IMG/VR virus record: IMGVR_UViG_3300033233_000003
Reading direction: 5' to 3' (one strand)
Length of the DNA: 50,278 bases
DNA from: an uncultured virus (IMG/VR IMGVR_UViG_3300033233_000003)
Lineage: Duplodnaviria; Heunggongvirae; Uroviricota; Caudoviricetes
In this document: piece by piece, positions 46,155 to 50,278 of the stretch
Layout of the letters: the number at the start of each line of letters is the position of its first letter
Numbering within the stretch: the first letter of the stretch is position 1
Translations under genes and position numbers: made by a program
The notes under the pieces: generated by a model
What the model was told of the DNA's origin: nothing
The model's database searches: none
The model's input: only the letters and a program-made list of their open reading frames with translations

Positions 46155-46894
46155 TCGTGACGATGCCCTTCCGCAATTCCGATCCAAGTCGGCTCTCTTC
46201 CGCCAAGATAGTGATCCCAAAACTACAACAACTTGGATTCCAGATCTTCTTGGTAGAGCAATCCACGACACCGACGCCAAACAGCACCCTGCCGTGGGAC
46301 CACAAGATCATCGTCGAGGACGACGGACCGATCAATCGACCCAAGCTCCTCAACACTGTCTTCCACCACTTTCCGTCCGAAGATCACTACGCCTTCTGTG
46401 AGACGGACATGCTGATCGAACCGTCCGAGTGGCAGAAGGCGATCGAGGCCAGCCTCACCCACGACGTGGTGTCGCCCTATCACAGCTACGCAGTGGCGAC
46501 CGAAGAGGGCACGGCTGCTTATTATCAAAGTGGCAATCAAGAGGATCTCGCCCCTGGAAGTCACCTCATACGACATGGAGGCACACTCTGCGGCGGTGCG
46601 GTCATCTTCTCCTGGAAAGCGTTCATCGCGAGCGGTGGATGGGACGAAGACGTGAAGTGCCTCGGCGGCGACGACTTCATCCAAACGCAGAAGGTCTACA
46701 AATTGGGCCTCTCCTACCACGAGGTCTACTCAACCGCCTATCATCTCTGGCACAAACCATGGAGTCCCAGCGAGCGCGATCAATCCGCCGAAAACCACAA
46801 CTACACGGCTGAATGGATGAATCTCTCTACGAAGCAAATTCGCGCGCGAATCGCGCGACGAAATTTTGCCAGCATCCAGGAGAAGAAACAGTGA
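46151..46894 (+). CDS. GT2/GT7-like glycosyltransferase
   Basis: MPFR, VEQ, ETDM, GGWDE...GGDD, HLWH. Confidence 0.82.
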   Translation: MIVTMPFRNSDPSRLSSAKIVIPKLQQLGFQIFLVEQSTTPTPNSTLPWDHKIIVEDDGPINRPKLLNTVFHHFPSEDHYAFCETDMLIEPSEWQKAIEASLTHDVVSPYHSYAVATEEGTAAYYQSGNQEDLAPGSHLIRHGGTLCGGAVIFSWKAFIASGGWDEDVKCLGGDDFIQTQKVYKLGLSYHEVYSTAYHLWHKPWSPSERDQSAENHNYTAEWMNLSTKQIRARIARRNFASIQEKKQ

Positions 46895-47865
46895 AGCTCC
46901 TTGCCGACGTACACATGTACCCACCGCACCACAACGCGGGTGCGGAGTGGATGCTGCACAGCATCTTCAGGGATATGATCCGTCGGGGCCATGAGTGCCA
47001 CGTCATCACGCACCGCGGGGAACGGCGCGTCTACGACTTCGAGGGCGTCTCCGTGCACGTCTACCCGACCATGGCCGAGCGAGGTCGACTTTGGCGAGCG
47101 TGCGACATCGGCTTCACGCACCTCGATCGAACGAGAGAGGCTCAGCGATGTGCGGAGACCTTCGAGAGGCCACTCGTGCACATCATCCACAACGACAACA
47201 ACGACTGGATCGACGGACCCGATCTGGCGATCTTCAACTCGCAGCATCTCTGCGATGGGGAGCGCGCCAGGTGGAGCAAGACCAGGATGCCGGAGACCAT
47301 CGTGTGCAGACCACCCGTCTTCTCCGACGACTACCGCGTGGAGAGGGGAGAGAGAATCACCCTTCTGAACCTATCCATAATGAAGGGTGGCCCGGTGCTC
47401 CTAGCGCTCGCCAAGCGCATGCCGGACGCCGACTTCCTCGGCGTCATAGGCGCCTACGGCGAGCAGACCATTCCGTCACCCATCCCGCCCAACGTCAAGA
47501 TCGCGGGAAACACACCGGACGTGCGAAAGGTCTATCGAGAGACCAAGGTCCTGCTCTGCCCGTCGGGCTACGAAACTTTCGGCCGCGTCGCCGCAGAGGC
47601 GATGGCGAGCGGGATCCCCGTCGTCGCGCACCCCACGCCGGGACTGCGCGAATGCCTCGACTTCGCGGGCGTCTACCTCGATCGAAGCGACCTGGAAGCG
47701 TGGGAGGCAGAGTTGCGGAAGCTGCTCTTCGATCCAGCCTACTACGCGGGCAGGAGCAACCTGTCGCGACTGCGAAGCGCCCAGCTCGACGAGATCTGCA
47801 AGAAGGACCTCGACGGGCTCGCGCTCGCCATCGAGAGCCTGGCGCCTAGTCATACTTCCGCTTGA
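46891..47865 (+). CDS. GT4-family glycosyltransferase
   Basis: YPPHHNAGAE, KGG, ETFGRVAAEAMASGIPVV. Confidence 0.88.
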   Translation: MKLLADVHMYPPHHNAGAEWMLHSIFRDMIRRGHECHVITHRGERRVYDFEGVSVHVYPTMAERGRLWRACDIGFTHLDRTREAQRCAETFERPLVHIIHNDNNDWIDGPDLAIFNSQHLCDGERARWSKTRMPETIVCRPPVFSDDYRVERGERITLLNLSIMKGGPVLLALAKRMPDADFLGVIGAYGEQTIPSPIPPNVKIAGNTPDVRKVYRETKVLLCPSGYETFGRVAAEAMASGIPVVAHPTPGLRECLDFAGVYLDRSDLEAWEAELRKLLFDPAYYAGRSNLSRLRSAQLDEICKKDLDGLALAIESLAPSHTSA

Positions 47866-49186
47866 GCCAGCTGTTGCCTCGCCGCTCGAATGATCCGCCG
47901 AACGCTCGATCGACCGCCGCGATCACCCCGGGCGCCCAGCTCGCATAATCATGTCCGGCGAGGAGACCGCCAAGCTTGACCTTCGGCCACCAGGCCGAGA
48001 TGTCGGCTGCGACCGAGACCTCGTCGTGCGCGGCGTCGACGAAGACGAAGTCGAGCGAACCGTCGTCGAAGATCCTCGCCGCTTGAACCGAATCGATTCG
48101 CAGAGGCCGCACCACGTCAGACACGTCGCCCTCCGCCATGTGTCGGAGGAAGAGGTCGAACGAGCGATGGCGAACGGCATCGAGCTGATGCAGCGTCTCC
48201 TCCTCCGGGTCGCGCCAGGTATCCACGACGTAGAACTCGATCGGCTTGTGAGCGTTCGCGATCTCGACCGCCATGAACGCGGTCGACTTCCCGTGAAACG
48301 CGCCGACCTCGACGAACTTGCCGCCGTGCTCGACGCGCCCGACCGCCTCGCGGTACAGGTCATCAAAATCGAACCAACCCGTGATCGCTTCGTGGAAGTA
48401 TCGCCGCGAGAATTTCGGAGAGGCCAAGCCACGCCCAGAGAAGTCGTTGCCTCGCACATACGCGAGAAGCCCGTCGCGATCCATCTCGGCCACGCGGTCG
48501 ACGGTCCCGACGTTGCGCGCGTGCCGCTCGCGATCCTCGTCGCCCCATTCCGCACGACCGTGGTACAGATGATGGGCGACGCGAGGTAGCTCCAGGCAAC
48601 GCATCCCGAGCTTTCGGAGCTTCATCCCCTGCACGTCGTCGTCGCCTCCCCAGCCGACGAGGTTCTCGTCCCAACCGCCGACGGCCTCGTGGCAACTGCG
48701 CGTCATCGCCAGCACGCCGCCCGCGATCGTCCACCTCTCGCCCCTGCCGACGATCCTGGCATCATCGTGCGATGGCAACCGGCCCGACGAGAGATGCGCA
48801 CCCGTCTCCTCCTCCGTCAGTCGAACGAATCCATCGTACGGGCTCACCGCGTCATGGCGACTCAATTCGTCGAGGCAGCCGACGAGCGTCTCGACGGGCA
48901 CCATCATGTCGGACTCGTGGAAGAACAGCGCGTCGGCCTCCGGCACGGCCCTCGCGCCGAGGTTCAGGAGACGCGCGCGGCGAAACGGCCCCTCGTCCTC
49001 GACGAGGAGGTGATCTCTCTCATCCACCGGCAACTGCGTCCTCTGCCTCGCCTGCTCGACGACGAGGACGCGAAACCCCGTCTCTCGAATCTTCGGGATC
49101 ACATGTCGCGCGGCCTGCAGCCTGCCTGCGTCGCCCACGCGAAACGGCACGATGACGACAGCATGCGCGAGCGTGTACGCGATCAC
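47846..49186 (-). CDS. fusion of GT2/GT7-like glycosyltransferase and class I methyltransferase
   Basis: GGWDENLVGWGGDD/HLYH, then VEVGAFHGKS...VFVDAAH...GHDY. Confidence 0.88.
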   Translation of the reverse strand: MIAYTLAHAVVIVPFRVGDAGRLQAARHVIPKIRETGFRVLVVEQARQRTQLPVDERDHLLVEDEGPFRRARLLNLGARAVPEADALFFHESDMMVPVETLVGCLDELSRHDAVSPYDGFVRLTEEETGAHLSSGRLPSHDDARIVGRGERWTIAGGVLAMTRSCHEAVGGWDENLVGWGGDDDVQGMKLRKLGMRCLELPRVAHHLYHGRAEWGDEDRERHARNVGTVDRVAEMDRDGLLAYVRGNDFSGRGLASPKFSRRYFHEAITGWFDFDDLYREAVGRVEHGGKFVEVGAFHGKSTAFMAVEIANAHKPIEFYVVDTWRDPEEETLHQLDAVRHRSFDLFLRHMAEGDVSDVVRPLRIDSVQAARIFDDGSLDFVFVDAAHDEVSVAADISAWWPKVKLGGLLAGHDYASWAPGVIAAVDRAFGGSFERRGNSWLKRKYD

Positions 49187-49819
49187 TCAGGGAGCATAGA
49201 CCGAGAAGCCGGAGGTGGGATCGTTCGGCTCGCGCAGCGCGCCGCAGCCCGTGGACGCCGGTCCAGACACCACTTCGTAACGCAGGTAGAACCCGGTCGG
49301 GATCTCTAAGGCAGGAAAGACAAGCTTGAAGCGCACGACCGGGCCGCTCTTCGCCGTCACGTCGAAGATTCCGACGTCGTAGCCGGTGAGTCGCACGACG
49401 AAGCGAACGACGCAGCCCGGCACGTCCACGAGCCCATTGTCCACGTGCCACTCTCCCGCGAGGCGCCCCACCGTGATGCTCGTCCCCTTCGGCGTCGGAA
49501 AGACACCCACGAAGAAATCGCCGACCGTCTTGATGTCCGGATACGCGGCGATCCCGTAGTCGCGAGAGAGCCCCTTCGCCCGAACTGGAAAGCCGGTGCC
49601 AGACGCCAGCGGCGAGGTCCAACTGGCCACGTCCTCACCCACCTCGCCGACCTCTATGCCAGCCTCCGCGTCAACATCGAGACGCGGCGCCACGTCGCCG
49701 TTGCCGTCCATCACAATGCCGTCGTCGGCCGTGCCCACGTCCTCCTCCGGAAGGGTGGAGAAGGCCGGCGAGGAACAGGCGCAAAGCAGCAGGGGGAAGG
49801 CCAGATGGACGCATCTCAT
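49187..49819 (-). CDS. putative lipoprotein
   Basis: LLLCACSS lipobox-like signal; Asp-rich linker. Confidence 0.65.
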   Translation of the reverse strand: MRCVHLAFPLLLCACSSPAFSTLPEEDVGTADDGIVMDGNGDVAPRLDVDAEAGIEVGEVGEDVASWTSPLASGTGFPVRAKGLSRDYGIAAYPDIKTVGDFFVGVFPTPKGTSITVGRLAGEWHVDNGLVDVPGCVVRFVVRLTGYDVGIFDVTAKSGPVVRFKLVFPALEIPTGFYLRYEVVSGPASTGCGALREPNDPTSGFSVYAP

Positions 49820-50014
49820 GAAGGGCAGACGGAGAGACCCGCGAGGTCATTCAAGAAATTGTGATCCATTTGTGATCACGCACACGAGTCCTCCCTCTCC
49901 CCTAGTCAATTCGATCGACTGACGATACGATCACCGCTCACACGCGGGGCAGCTGCGCAAGGCGCTCGGCTTCACCCCCAAGGTCGCCTACCGCCACAAC
50001 TGAGGATCCACACC

Positions 50015-50278
50015 ATGGCCAAGCACGGCAAGTCGGAAGTCGAAGAGGCGAAGGCCGAGCTGAAGAAGCTCTTCGCACGCAAGGACGTCTTCAGGACGCG
50101 CGCCGGAAAGCCGGTGATGTTCGCGATCGTTCGTCACGTCGCCCCCTCCGGCATGAGCCGCATCATCGACCCGATCATCTTCACGACCGACGGGCCGCTC
50201 TACATCTGGCATCGCGTCGGCATCCTCCTCGGGCTCTCGTACGACGACAAGCACAACGGGCTGCGCGTCGGCGGCGTC
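50015..50278 (+). CDS. 3'-partial phage protein (not in the ORF track)
   Basis: GAGG RBS; MAKHGKSEVEE...VRHVAPSGMSRII...GLRVGGV runs off the window end. Confidence 0.7.
   Translation, partial: MAKHGKSEVEEAKAELKKLFARKDVFRTRAGKPVMFAIVRHVAPSGMSRIIDPIIFTTDGPLYIWHRVGILLGLSYDDKHNGLRVGGV

Noticed and set aside
1..50278. tRNA, rRNA, transposase, integrase, terminase, portal or tail genes
   Set aside because: None recognised by eye; very divergent versions cannot be excluded.

Overview
This GC-rich, gene-dense window looks like part of a virus or virus-like element rather than a bacterial chromosome: I saw no housekeeping genes, rRNA, tRNA or CRISPR array. 1-19.6 kb is a co-oriented block of orphan proteins, mostly membrane-anchored or Pro/Gly-rich, that share short peptide modules. 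It also holds two putative wall hydrolases, a CX5R phosphatase, a nucleotidyltransferase and a thaumatin-like lipoprotein. This resembles the structural module of a tailless, membrane-containing dsDNA virus (inference; no capsid, terminase, portal, tail or packaging ATPase is recognisable here). 19.6-42 kb is a phage-type early/replication region (SNF2 helicase, SSB, ParB, RHH, DUF2786, metallophosphoesterase, many small ORFs). 43.6-49.2 kb is a nucleotide-sugar/glycosyltransferase/methyltransferase cluster. The strongest unexplained signal is a ~26-bp bulged hairpin (GCGG-N4-GNA-N4'-A-CCGC-GT). I found about 19 copies by eye on both strands, mostly inside genes, with compensatory stem changes, and some look like in-frame insertions in conserved proteins. 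Also present are a ~165-bp intergenic repeat (4 copies, one next to a (GCGAGA)20 tract) and two repeated intergenic motifs. A myxobacterial host is a guess from GC content and lipoprotein style. All family calls are by motif recognition, not database search.
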